The notes: a model not told the origin generated them from the letters alone. A stretch of 64,000 nucleotides of DNA from Candidatus Nomurabacteria bacterium (GCA_020847275.1 JADLCI010000001.1:2540-66539); one strand, 5' to 3'; counted from the first letter of the stretch, positions 47,928-57,266 are shown. Numbers and translations: made by a program.

Positions 47928-47999
47928 TGCCGCTGGCAGGAATTGAACCCACATTTATCCCTTAGGACGGGATTGTTCTATCCGTTGAACTACAGCGGC
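47928..47999 (-). tRNA. tRNA-Arg(CCT)
   Basis: ATCCC-GTCCTAA-GGGAT arm; cloverleaf. Confidence 0.9.
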
Positions 48000-48018
48000 A
48001 GGGAGAAAATGGGATAAA

Positions 48019-48267
48019 CTAGACGCCAAGTGCCGCTCCAAGCGAACGCTTGTCGAAACCTACAATCCTCTGCTCTTCGCCATTTTCGTCTGTGATTACA
48101 ATCACTGGCACACCCATCTGACCACTCTTATCAATCATCTCCTGACGCCTAGCGGCATCCGTGCCCACATTATACTCCTCATAAGCCACCCCCTTCTCCT
48201 GAAAAAATGCCTTCGCCATCCGGCAATAGGAGCAAGTCGCAGTTGTATAAATTTCTACTTTTTTCAT
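48019..48267 (-). CDS. Glutaredoxin/NrdH-like redoxin
   Basis: YTTATCSYC, SGQMGVPVI, VGFD. Confidence 0.92.
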   Translation of the reverse strand: MKKVEIYTTATCSYCRMAKAFFQEKGVAYEEYNVGTDAARRQEMIDKSGQMGVPVIVITDENGEEQRIVGFDKRSLGAALGV

Positions 48268-48276
48268 GAAAAATTA

Positions 48277-48561
48277 TTAAGCGATTAAGACATCCAGTTT
48301 ATCACCCCTATCCAATTTATTCCACTTCTCATGCCCACATTTCTCACAATGATGTAACACATCGTAACCACCGGAGACTGCCCGGTAATCCACGGGGGCC
48401 ATCATCCCGCCACACCGAGCCAACCGATCGCCAGGATGGTTATCCACATGGCGACTCCACAAACAATCTGGGCAATGGTTGGTATAACCATTGCCACGGA
48501 CAGCTAGTCCGCAATGACCACAGACAAAATCCTCAATTTTTTTCTGAAAAGTGGTTGTCAG
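48277..48561 (-). CDS. RNHCP-domain zinc-binding protein (non-canonical start)
   Basis: EDFVCGHCG...YTNHCPDCLWSRHVD..PGDR...CGGMM...CEKCG; frame open to CTG at 48561. Confidence 0.82.
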   Translation of the reverse strand: MTTTFQKKIEDFVCGHCGLAVRGNGYTNHCPDCLWSRHVDNHPGDRLARCGGMMAPVDYRAVSGGYDVLHHCEKCGHEKWNKLDRGDKLDVLIA

Positions 48562-48578
48562 AATTAATTCTCAAACCA

Positions 48579-48833
48579 CTATGAAAGGTGGTTGGAGACC
48601 AGCTTTGTCATCTCAAACATCGAGACAGTCTTCTTGCCGCCAAAAACGGCCAGGAGATTGTCGTCGGCGTTGATATTGCGCTTATTCTGGGGATCCTGCA
48701 AATCGTTCTTCTTGATATAAACCCAGAGTGCTTTGACCACCTCAGAGCGAGGCATTGGACCCTTTCCCACAACGAGAGCCAGTTCTGGACTGATCGTCAT
48801 CGGTTTCATGAATGCGGAATTCGATTTTGCCAT
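48579..48833 (-). CDS. Stand-alone SWIB/MDM2-domain protein
   Basis: SPELA.VVG..PMPRSEVVKALWVYIKKNDLQDP.NKR.I. Confidence 0.92.
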   Translation of the reverse strand: MAKSNSAFMKPMTISPELALVVGKGPMPRSEVVKALWVYIKKNDLQDPQNKRNINADDNLLAVFGGKKTVSMFEMTKLVSNHLS

Positions 48834-48973
48834 AATTGTTTAGCTATTTACTTAATAACATTTAATAACCAGACTATCATAGCATGAAAGTACCCCGCTA
48901 GCGACTACCACGGTAGAGACAAACAATGATTAAACCCTTTCGGTCTAATCATTGTCGTTATATAATATGCAAC

Positions 48974-50374
48974 ATGAAATCACTTCTACTTCTAACTGTT
49001 CTCGTTTTTGGATTTTTTATCCCCCTTGCAAATGCCTCCGTCGTTCCCACATTTTCCGTTTCCAGTAACGGTTACAATGCGCTAGCCACCGTCCACGGCG
49101 ACCCAAACACCGCCGTAGAACTTCACTACGGCAATTCTGCCGAAAACATAAACACTATCGGCACCACAGACTCAAACGGTAATTTTTCTACCCCACTAAG
49201 TGTCTCAAGCTACCAATTCGGTTGTGGAAAAACGGCCTATGTGAGAGTTGGCACTTATCAATCTGCCACTATCCCTTGGTCACTCAATAATAGCTCCTGC
49301 CAAAGCCTCGCCCTTAGTCAAACTAATGTTTCTCTCAATCCCGGACAAAGCACCATCATTACCGCCACGATTAGCGGTGGTCTGTATGTCTCCAGTAACT
49401 CCAACCCGAGTGTGGCCGGCGCTAGCGTGAGTGGCAACCAGATTACCATCACCGCCGCCAGCTACGGCACAAGCAATCTTACCGTCTGCACCACCAATGA
49501 AATGTGCGGAGTTATAAACATCACCACCAATGCTCCTGGCGCCAACGCCGGTAGCAACCTCTCCTTTAGCCAAACTAATGTTGAGGTCAATGTGGGACAG
49601 AGCAGTGTTGTCACCATTTATGGTTCGGGCAACAATTACACTATTCCAACCAACTCCAACCCCGCCACCGTCTCTACCTCTCTAAGTGGGAATGTCCTCA
49701 CTCTCACGGGCCTTGCTTTCGGAGGCTCTAATGTCACGATCTGTCAGAATAATAATCAGTGTGGGGTGGTCTATGTCATTGTGGTTAATAATCCAGCCTT
49801 GACCGGTACTTATACCAACAACGCCGAGCCCACAATTACCTCTCTCAATATTAGCTCCGACAATGTTGGCGGAGAATTCATTAAGGCTGGCAATCGCCTG
49901 ACCATTACCTTCAATACCAATAAACCAATAAGTAACCCGCTGATGCTCGTTGGTCTTACTCGAGTTAACCTAACAGGAAGCGGCTCTGGTCCTTACCTCG
50001 GCACATACTCCGTCACAAGCAATAATCCACTGCCTCTCATTATCACTTTCAGCGATTCCTCAGGTCGAAGCGGTCGAGCAACCCTCACTTTGGGAGATTG
50101 GTCAGCCCCATCAAATATCTCGAACAGCCCGATCACCACACCAACTCCCGGGCCCCGCTACACCTTCTCAACCTTCTTAGGCGTTGGTGATAACGGCAAA
50201 ACGGTGACTGAATTACAAAAACGCCTGACCGAACTAGGTTTCTACCACGGTCCCACCAACGGCAACTTTGGACCCCTAACTGAAGCGGGGGTAACGGCGT
50301 TACAGAGGGCCAACGGGATAAAATCCGTTGGGTATGTCGGCCCAGCCACACGGGCCATCTTGAACCAGTATTGA
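48974..50374 (+). CDS. Secreted Ser/Thr/Asn-rich Ig-like protein with a C-terminal peptidoglycan-binding domain
   Basis: Signal peptide; repeated LS.SQTNV; VTELQKRL..LGF...G.FGPLT...GYVGPATR. Confidence 0.87.
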   Translation: MKSLLLLTVLVFGFFIPLANASVVPTFSVSSNGYNALATVHGDPNTAVELHYGNSAENINTIGTTDSNGNFSTPLSVSSYQFGCGKTAYVRVGTYQSATIPWSLNNSSCQSLALSQTNVSLNPGQSTIITATISGGLYVSSNSNPSVAGASVSGNQITITAASYGTSNLTVCTTNEMCGVINITTNAPGANAGSNLSFSQTNVEVNVGQSSVVTIYGSGNNYTIPTNSNPATVSTSLSGNVLTLTGLAFGGSNVTICQNNNQCGVVYVIVVNNPALTGTYTNNAEPTITSLNISSDNVGGEFIKAGNRLTITFNTNKPISNPLMLVGLTRVNLTGSGSGPYLGTYSVTSNNPLPLIITFSDSSGRSGRATLTLGDWSAPSNISNSPITTPTPGPRYTFSTFLGVGDNGKTVTELQKRLTELGFYHGPTNGNFGPLTEAGVTALQRANGIKSVGYVGPATRAILNQY

Positions 50375-50423
50375 CCACTGGTGTATAATGAGAGCAGATT
50401 ATAAGCATTAATAATTTTTCTCT

Positions 50424-50549
50424 ATGAATCCAGAAGAATGTGGCTGTGGTGAACACAGTACCTGCAAAATGGGCGATGCTACTTGCACCGCCTGCAACAA
50501 GAAGTGCCCAGCAGCTCCATCTGCTCCAGAAGGTGGGATGGGAATGTAA
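50424..50549 (+). CDS. 41-aa Cys-rich, metallothionein-like small protein
   Basis: MNPEECGCGEHSTCKMGDATCTACNKKCPAAPSAPEGGMGM; upstream TATAAT, AT-rich leader, downstream terminator. Confidence 0.65.
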   Translation: MNPEECGCGEHSTCKMGDATCTACNKKCPAAPSAPEGGMGM

Positions 50550-50574
50550 GAAGACCCGGCAATCTTGTTCTCCC

Positions 50575-50608
50575 AAAACAAACCGCCCATTGGAGCGGTT
50601 TGTTTTTT
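50575..50608 (+). terminator. Intrinsic terminator
   Basis: AAAACAAACCGC...GCGGTTTGTTTT. Confidence 0.8.
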
Positions 50609-50689
50609 GTTGGCGAGACCATGGAATTGATTACATCCTTGCTTATGGAAATTGAATTATGGGTTGGAAGAGTATAAACTTTAAATAAC

Positions 50690-51718
50690 ATGAAAAAGAT
50701 AACGAAACTAGTATTAACTGGATTACTTGTCACACTAGTCATTCCTCAAATCGCACTAGCCGCTTGGTGGAACCCAATTAGTTGGTTAAATAACTGGAAC
50801 CTTTTTAAACCAGCAACTCCTGAGGAAACCAAAACCCAAGTCCTAGAAAATCGAATAAAGGAGCTTGAGAAGAAATTGGAAAAAAGTGTAGATATTTCAA
50901 ATAATCCTAGCACCACAACCCTAGGAACTAAAAAAGAAGCGCTTAAACAAACGGTGAGGACAAACGATGTTACGCCGATAGAGTCACCAACACTTACCAA
51001 GCCTAAGCCAATAGTTACCCAACCCACCATAGTGACACCGCCCCTGGTGAAATCAATCCAGCCAGCACAAGTAGTTGATATTTATCAAGCCAAAGATAAT
51101 CTGATGTCAAAGCTAAATAATTTAAAGTCTCAAGTAGAAAACATTATATCTGATCGAGGGTATACTCAACCCGATAAATTAAGCGGCCGCGACTATGTCG
51201 AGGCTACAAACTTAACTCAAATCGTGCAGAAGCTAGGATCTAGTTTATATGATTTGAAATCAACCAACCCATCTCAAAAAAGCATTGATTATCACACGAG
51301 CCAATACAGCAGTTTAGAAACTTCTTTCAATAGCCTAGGCTTCAACGAGTCTGACTGGTCTCCACGAAAAACAGAAAAACTAGACAAGGGAGAAAACCCC
51401 CTTCTAGTGCAAATGAGAATGGTGCAGTCTGAGATTGATAAATATAAAAGATTCCTTTTAGAAATTAACGCTGGCCATTACAGTTGTGTCCGCAACGACA
51501 CTAATACTTGTCCAGATGTTTACACACCACAAAACCCAATCCCGCAGGAAATCATCGATATAATATTTCGTGCGTCATTTTCAGCCACCGATGGTGGAGA
51601 TGCTAAGATTCTCACAAAAGGCACTTCTCTAGCTAGGTACGTCGAACAACAAATTGAGTTTATACTTTTCGACTTAGAAGCCAAACTTAGGCAATTAAGA
51701 TTAACCGTTCAATACTGA
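50690..51718 (+). CDS. Secreted hypothetical protein (AAWWNP..W N-terminus, coiled coils)
   Basis: Signal peptide ALA/AWWNP; AT-rich; next to the tmRNA 3' end. Confidence 0.8.
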   Translation: MKKITKLVLTGLLVTLVIPQIALAAWWNPISWLNNWNLFKPATPEETKTQVLENRIKELEKKLEKSVDISNNPSTTTLGTKKEALKQTVRTNDVTPIESPTLTKPKPIVTQPTIVTPPLVKSIQPAQVVDIYQAKDNLMSKLNNLKSQVENIISDRGYTQPDKLSGRDYVEATNLTQIVQKLGSSLYDLKSTNPSQKSIDYHTSQYSSLETSFNSLGFNESDWSPRKTEKLDKGENPLLVQMRMVQSEIDKYKRFLLEINAGHYSCVRNDTNTCPDVYTPQNPIPQEIIDIIFRASFSATDGGDAKILTKGTSLARYVEQQIEFILFDLEAKLRQLRLTVQY

Positions 51719-51748
51719 TCCTTACCAAAAAAACGCGAAGATACTAAC

Positions 51749-52131
51749 TGGTGGAGATGGCGGGAATCGAACCCGCGTGCAAAAGGTTGACCTAAATTGT
51801 TCTACATACTTATCTCACTTTAAATTTTCGCCAACGCGACTCGAAATGAGCCAAACATCGCGCCAGTTAGCATCTTAGTTTTGAATTCGTGCCGATGCGA
51901 TCATGAATTCTAGCTCGCGAGTATAACACCCCTAGCCAGTCAGCAAGCGAGACCGGTAGAGACGCCGAGTTAAGCTAAAGCGAAACTCGGAACAGCGAAG
52001 TACGGTGAAACCGTACCGCCCTGCTTAGCCGTAGTTTTGGCAAGTAGATTTTACCTTTTGATTAACGAGAGTAAGGCGCTCTCGGTATGCCCAAAATGAG
52101 GACCGTCCAATTGTCTAGGCCGATCATCCCC
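51749..52131 (-). ncRNA. ssrA: tmRNA
   Basis: GGGGATG 5' end; GGTTCGATTCCCGCCATCTCCACCA 3' end; tag frame 52041-51970 AKTTAKQGGTVSPYFAVPSFALA*; adjacent to smpB. Confidence 0.95.
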
Positions 52132-52134
52132 GTT

Positions 52135-52584
52135 TTAAAAGCGACTTTTCAAAGTCCGATCAAGGTCTCGTTTATTCTCCCGTTTTTTAATCTTCTCACG
52201 CTTATCATACTTTTTCTTCCCCCGTGCAAGCGCAAGACCAAGCTTCAAACGACCGCCTTTATTATATACTGATAATGGAATGATTGTCAATCCCCGCTCA
52301 CCAATTCTGGCCGCCAAATCGCTAATTTCTTTTTTCGTCAGCAGAAGTTTCAGGGCTCGCCCTTTCTCGTAGTCTGGTGGCAAATTCGCCGCCTGATAAG
52401 GACTAATTTCTGCACCCACCAGGAAGGCCTCCCCTCCGCGAACCAAGACTCGTCCACCCTCTAGCTTACCTCGTCCCAGTTTGAGTGCCTTTACCTCAAA
52501 TCCGGATAATTCTAAGCCAGCCTCTAGTTTTTCTAAGAGTTCGTAGTCGTAGTGCGCTTTCGGGTTATTCACAAGATTAGACAT
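52135..52584 (-). CDS. smpB: SsrA-binding protein
   Basis: NPKAHYDY..LEAGLELSGFEVKAL, KLLL, GKKKYDKRE; the track ORF is over-extended at its N-terminus. Confidence 0.96.
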   Translation of the reverse strand: MSNLVNNPKAHYDYELLEKLEAGLELSGFEVKALKLGRGKLEGGRVLVRGGEAFLVGAEISPYQAANLPPDYEKGRALKLLLTKKEISDLAARIGERGLTIIPLSVYNKGGRLKLGLALARGKKKYDKREKIKKRENKRDLDRTLKSRF

Positions 52585-52638
52585 TGTCCCCATTGTAGCA
52601 TTGCGCTTACAGCGTCTTCTAGTATATACTACTGTCCT

Positions 52639-52878
52639 ATGACTAAAAATAAAAAGAAAGGGTTTGGTCTTGGTAGTTTGATTGTTATCATCGCTTTGGT
52701 GCTCATTGTTGGCGCCTACATGTACTACCGCGGCGATAATGCCGTTCCAGTCAGCGAGACAACAGTCGAGACTACCTACCCGCCCACCGCTTCTGATATT
52801 CCTGCCGGTCAGATGGAGCAGGGAGATGAAGCTGTGGTAACCGAACCTACGGGCACCACCACGCCGGTTAAGAATTAA
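52639..52878 (+). CDS. Small membrane protein with a prepilin-like KKGF leader
   Basis: MTKNKKKGFGLGSLIVIIALVLIVGAYMYY and a Thr/Pro-rich tail. Confidence 0.7.
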   Translation: MTKNKKKGFGLGSLIVIIALVLIVGAYMYYRGDNAVPVSETTVETTYPPTASDIPAGQMEQGDEAVVTEPTGTTTPVKN

Positions 52879-52882
52879 GCCT

Positions 52883-53419
52883 TTGTTGACTTCTCGTCCC
52901 CAATCGGTTAGGATAAACCACCAGATTAGAGTTGCCGAGTTGCGTGTAATCGATGAACAAGGCGTTAATCTGGGTGTCCTAAGCCTAGCAGCAGCTCTTA
53001 GTGAGGCCGAGTCCCGTGGCGTAGATCTGATTGAAATCTCACCGCTTGCCGTTCCACCAGTTGCAAAATTGATGGATTTTGGCAAGTATCAGTACCTCGA
53101 GAATAAGAAGCAGAAGCTATCGCGCGGTAAGACTCAAGTAACGGAGACGAAATCAATTCAGGTAAAGATTGGTACTGGCGATCACGATCTGGCCATCAAG
53201 GCGGCTAAGGTATCAGAATTTCTTAATGAGGGTCACCGAGTGAAAATTGACCTCTTTCTCCCCGGACGCGCTAAGTACCTAGACAAGAATTTCCTACAAG
53301 AACGACTGGAGCGCCTACTCAAACTGGTCACTGTGGGATACCGTATCGCCGACAGTATTAAGAAAGGACCAAAAGGTTTGAACTTAGTTGTAGAACGAGA
53401 CAGACCCGCTGGCAAATAA
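52883..53419 (+). CDS. infC: Translation initiation factor IF-3 (TTG start)
   Basis: RINHQIR, DLIEISP.A.PPVAKLMDFGKY, HD..IK. Confidence 0.95.
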   Translation: MLTSRPQSVRINHQIRVAELRVIDEQGVNLGVLSLAAALSEAESRGVDLIEISPLAVPPVAKLMDFGKYQYLENKKQKLSRGKTQVTETKSIQVKIGTGDHDLAIKAAKVSEFLNEGHRVKIDLFLPGRAKYLDKNFLQERLERLLKLVTVGYRIADSIKKGPKGLNLVVERDRPAGK

Positions 53420-53423
53420 TCTA

Positions 53424-53621
53424 ATGGCAACTAAAACAAATAAATCTTTCACGAAACGTCTCCGCGTCACCCGACGGGGCAAGATTCTAGCGCGCCGTGG
53501 CGGTCGAAACCATTTCAATGCTAAAGAGGGCCGTGGCTCTCAACTCGCCTCACGTCGAAACTTTGATTTCCCAATGAGCAACAAGGATGCCGGACGCTTT
53601 TTACCAAATTTAGTTAAATAA
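53424..53621 (+). CDS. rpmI: 50S ribosomal protein L35
   Basis: KTNKS..KRLRVT..GKI; infC-rpmI-rplT order. Confidence 0.93.
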   Translation: MATKTNKSFTKRLRVTRRGKILARRGGRNHFNAKEGRGSQLASRRNFDFPMSNKDAGRFLPNLVK

Positions 53622-53627
53622 ACCCCC

Positions 53628-53969
53628 ATGCCACGAGTTAAGAAAGGAACAATCGCTCTCAAACGTCGCCGTAAGGTACTGAAAGCCGCTAAAGGTTTCC
53701 GTTTCGGTCGCAGCTCGAAGGAACGCGAAGCTCGCACCGCCCTCCTTCATGCCGGTGTCCACGCTTTTGCCCATCGACGCGACAAGAAGAACGACTTCCG
53801 CCGCCTGTGGAATATCCAGATCGGAGCCGCCTCGCGACCCCTCGGCCTCTCTTACAGTCAATTAATTGGCAAGCTAAAGAAGAGCAAGATTGAGCTAGAC
53901 CGCAAAGTACTGGCAACACTCGGCGCAGAACACCCTGAAGTCCTTGCCCGTCTCCTTAAGCAGTTATAG
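53628..53969 (+). CDS. rplT: 50S ribosomal protein L20
   Basis: MPRVKKG, AKGFR, FRRLWN, LDRKVLA. Confidence 0.96.
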   Translation: MPRVKKGTIALKRRRKVLKAAKGFRFGRSSKEREARTALLHAGVHAFAHRRDKKNDFRRLWNIQIGAASRPLGLSYSQLIGKLKKSKIELDRKVLATLGAEHPEVLARLLKQL

Positions 53970-54581
53970 AATCGGCTCCCCCGGATTCCGATAGGTTTTG
54001 TACTCCTTCACTTCCTTTTTCTCTTTTTGTAAAATATCGACAATGTGGGAAACCAGCTTCGCTGGTTCTTTTTCAAAAATAACACGGTCCGAGTGGCGAT
54101 TACCCTTGTCCATAATATCGCGAATAACTTGCCCTGTTGGCCAATCTCCGTCCAAGACACCAAGCAACTTCCCATCTTCGAAAGCAATGGAAAACTCATT
54201 GATTGTTCCGACCCGCCCACAACCCACCAAGACAGCATCGGAACAACGCGTCAGCATTAGGTTCCGCCCAGAATAGCCGAACCCGGTATAGATGATCAAA
54301 TCTAGGTAGTCGAGAGGTAGACCGTAAACTTCGACATGCTCTCGTTCACTGGTCGCCGGTGAGAGGCCGACAGAATAACCTCCCGCTTCCTTCGCACCAA
54401 TCGCCGCCCAGAGTGGGAAGCCAGTTGTCGCTCCCGTGACCAGAACGCCTCCTTGCTTCACAATTTGCCGACCAAGCTCCTTTCCCTCCTCCATCGCATT
54501 CGGACCACAATGCCCTGTCTCCGCCGCGCCAGAAACGCAAATCTTAAATTGCTGATGAGGATGTTTGAGTATGGTTTCCAT
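53964..54581 (-). CDS. LOG/SLOG-family protein
   Basis: LVTGATTG, GLSP, TGFGYSGRN, GTINEF. Confidence 0.85.
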   Translation of the reverse strand: METILKHPHQQFKICVSGAAETGHCGPNAMEEGKELGRQIVKQGGVLVTGATTGFPLWAAIGAKEAGGYSVGLSPATSEREHVEVYGLPLDYLDLIIYTGFGYSGRNLMLTRCSDAVLVGCGRVGTINEFSIAFEDGKLLGVLDGDWPTGQVIRDIMDKGNRHSDRVIFEKEPAKLVSHIVDILQKEKKEVKEYKTYRNPGEPIL

Positions 54582-54583
54582 AA

Positions 54584-55723
54584 TTATTCTTCCAGTTTCA
54601 CAAACTGACCGTTTTTGATTGTTTTAATAAAGATATCCTTAACCGCATCACCATTATCGTCAATACTAAATACTCCACTTGCTCCAGCAAAATTACTTGT
54701 ATTATATAGACATTTCTTCACCTCTTCTACGTCGTTACCATTTTTCTCAAGACAGTCACTTAATAGATAGACCGCATCATAAGAATTGGCAGCTAGCGTA
54801 TCTGGCTCGCCCATAAACCTTGCCACATACCTATTGTAAAAAGATCTTACACTTTCTTCTCCACCATGACTATCGTAAGAATAGGGGTATAGAAGTCCTT
54901 CAGCCAAAGAACCAGCAACATTAACTATGTCTGGTCCTTCGACACCAATGTTGTAAAACTGAGCCCTTATCCCTAGTTCGTGTGCTTGTTTAAGAATTAA
55001 CCCGACCATCTTAGGTGAAGCAATTAAGAAAACATCAGATGGATTTTGTGCCTTAATCTTGGTAAGTTCGGTTTTGAAGTCTATCGTCTTTTGATCAAAT
55101 CTTTCTATCAAACCAATTTTTCTGCCGGTAGACTCAAATACAGGTATAAAAGTCTTTAGATAAGGATCAGTAATTGCTGTATTTATAACAAGAAAATGTA
55201 ATGTGTCATTCTTTATTTTTTCCGCCACGAACCTAGCAAAAATCGGGGCCTCCTGTGCGCTATTATGAATAATCCTAAACACATAGTCCCCAAGTAGGGA
55301 TATCTCGTCTGACTGAGCGCCAGTTACAATCAGAATCGCTTTTGACTCTTCCGTTATGGGCCCAACAGCCATTACTTCTGATGAACCGTAAGGACCAATA
55401 AGGTAGCGCACCCCGTCCAGATTTAACAATTTACGTACCGCACTTACTGCTACCTGCGCTTCGTACCTGCTGTCCTCATAAAGAAGATCAATCTTGTGTT
55501 TCCTATTAGGATCAGTATTGATCTCTTCTACTGCCAAGTTCAGTCCGTTCTGACTAAATTCACCTGCGTCTGCCCTCACACCAGATAAAGGCAAAATCAC
55601 CCCAATCTTAACCACCTCATTACTCTCCGGAGTGACTGACTCTTTCTTGTTTAAACTAAACAAACCCCAAACCACGAGCGCAATTACCACTAGCCAAGCG
55701 AGTATCTTTGTCTGTTTATCCAT
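54584..55723 (-). CDS. Branched-chain amino-acid-type ABC substrate-binding protein
   Basis: VKIGVILPLSG, AVEEIN, DFKTELTKIK, YDAV, FAGASG.F.ID.NGD. Confidence 0.88.
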   Translation of the reverse strand: MDKQTKILAWLVVIALVVWGLFSLNKKESVTPESNEVVKIGVILPLSGVRADAGEFSQNGLNLAVEEINTDPNRKHKIDLLYEDSRYEAQVAVSAVRKLLNLDGVRYLIGPYGSSEVMAVGPITEESKAILIVTGAQSDEISLLGDYVFRIIHNSAQEAPIFARFVAEKIKNDTLHFLVINTAITDPYLKTFIPVFESTGRKIGLIERFDQKTIDFKTELTKIKAQNPSDVFLIASPKMVGLILKQAHELGIRAQFYNIGVEGPDIVNVAGSLAEGLLYPYSYDSHGGEESVRSFYNRYVARFMGEPDTLAANSYDAVYLLSDCLEKNGNDVEEVKKCLYNTSNFAGASGVFSIDDNGDAVKDIFIKTIKNGQFVKLEE

Positions 55724-55731
55724 TTTCTGTA

Positions 55732-57060
55732 TTATAACTCCAATTCCACCCTCTCGCCAGCATTCGGTGCTGTGGCCATAAGACCAAGATAATCACGAAT
55801 CTTCTGCACTAAATAAAGTGACGATTTCGGTTCCCCCATAACGACAAAAACCTGTTTAACAGTATCAGAGGTGTGTGCAACAAACTCTAATAAATCATCA
55901 GAACCCTTGTGCCCAGAATAGCCGCTGACAGAAACAATTTTCGCCCGTACCGACACCTCCTCGCCCAGAATTTTAACTTGCTTCATCCCATCTTCTAGTT
56001 GGCGACCCAATGATCCGGCGGCTTGATAGCCGGCAAGAAGTAGGGCACTAGCTGGGTCAGGCAGGTAACGTTTCTCGTGATGAATAATCCGCCCGCCATT
56101 ACTCATACCAGACCCCGCCAACAAAATTTTCCTTCTCGGCGCGGCAGTAATCGCTCTCGATTGCTCGGTTGTTAAGGTTCTCTCAAGTTGAGAAAAGTCA
56201 AAAAGTTTACCAACATACTTCTCGTAAACACCCGTCACCTTAATTGCCAGCGGTGAATCAAGAAAGACGGGCACTGGCGGAATCCGTCCAGCCTCCATCA
56301 TTTTTTTAATCTCAAAGATCATTTCCTGTGTTCGTTCAATCGAGAAAACTGGAACCATGAGCGTGCCACCGGCTTTCATTGTTTCCTCAATCACATCTTC
56401 CAGCTCCTCGCGACTACGCTCCCGATTATCATGATTACGATCACCATAAACTGATTCCATTATCAAGTAATCGGCGTCTGTGATAGATTCCGTATCGGCG
56501 AGGAGTAAACTTGGTGAATTTCCCAGATCACCGGTGAAAACGATTTTCCGACCATTCACCTTAATCTCAAACATTGCCGAACCAAGAATATGCCCAGCGT
56601 CTCGCATTGTCACCTCCAAATTTTCCCCCAATTTGAATGTTTGTTTATAATCATGCGTTTCCCACATCCGCAAGGCCTGTTCTACGTCTGCTTCATTATA
56701 GATCGGGGGTAAATTGGAACCACGGGCCTCTTTCTCCAGCACGCCCATGCTATCAATCAAACTTAACTCAGAAACTGCCCGTGTGGCCGGAGTGGAATAA
56801 ATCTTTCCCTTAAAGCCGTCCCGCACTAGCTTGGGGATCCGGCCGATGTGATCAAGATGCGCATGAGTCACCAGTAGAAAATTGATACTCGCTGGATTGT
56901 AAGCAAAGCTCTCCCGATTCTTGTCATCGGCAACTTTTGACCCCTGAAAAAAACCACAATCAACTAGAATCTTAGTATCTCCAGCCTCCAACAAAAAATT
57001 CGCGCCCGTAACGCTTCCCGCTCCGCCATAGAATGTAACCACTGCTTTATTATCCGCCAT
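55732..57060 (-). CDS. MBL/beta-CASP ribonuclease
   Basis: THAHLDHIG, AGHILGS, FTGDLG, MESVYG, SGMSNGGRI, YSGH. Confidence 0.92.
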   Translation of the reverse strand: MADNKAVVTFYGGAGSVTGANFLLEAGDTKILVDCGFFQGSKVADDKNRESFAYNPASINFLLVTHAHLDHIGRIPKLVRDGFKGKIYSTPATRAVSELSLIDSMGVLEKEARGSNLPPIYNEADVEQALRMWETHDYKQTFKLGENLEVTMRDAGHILGSAMFEIKVNGRKIVFTGDLGNSPSLLLADTESITDADYLIMESVYGDRNHDNRERSREELEDVIEETMKAGGTLMVPVFSIERTQEMIFEIKKMMEAGRIPPVPVFLDSPLAIKVTGVYEKYVGKLFDFSQLERTLTTEQSRAITAAPRRKILLAGSGMSNGGRIIHHEKRYLPDPASALLLAGYQAAGSLGRQLEDGMKQVKILGEEVSVRAKIVSVSGYSGHKGSDDLLEFVAHTSDTVKQVFVVMGEPKSSLYLVQKIRDYLGLMATAPNAGERVELEL

Positions 57061-57098
57061 CTAGTTCTCTTATTATAAGCGATTCATCCCTTCCAGAC

Positions 57099-57133
57099 AA
57101 CCAAAAAATCTCCGAAAATTGGAGATTTTTTGG
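57099..57133 (-). terminator. Terminator downstream of the 6S-like RNA
   Basis: CCAAAAAATCTCC...GGAGATTTTTTGG. Confidence 0.75.
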
Positions 57134-57254
57134 TGAGGCCTCTGGCTGTTGCCTAGATTGAATCTAGGTGGGTGTCCGCAAGACGCAACCAAGATCACGC
57201 CCGTATAAGACTCCCTGAAAATGTTATCTAGTCAAATTCACCAAAGACCTCACC
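57132..57254 (-). ncRNA. ssrS: Probable compact 6S RNA
   Basis: 14-bp closing stem GGTGAGGTCTTTGG/CCAGAGGCCTCACC, second stem, central bubble with GGGAG, promoter TTGACG-17-GAGAAT, terminator. Confidence 0.65.
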
Positions 57255-57266
57255 CCCATTCTCTTC

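Noticed and set aside
52886-52914. TTGACT-17-TAGGAT promoter implying a leaderless ATT start for infC
   Set aside because: It overlaps the conserved RINxxIR coding motif, so it may be coincidental; cannot be resolved from sequence alone
52585-53085. N-terminal extension of SmpB (316 aa)
   Set aside because: Antisense to infC and the 52639 gene; a -10 box 7 nt before ATG 52584 marks the real start
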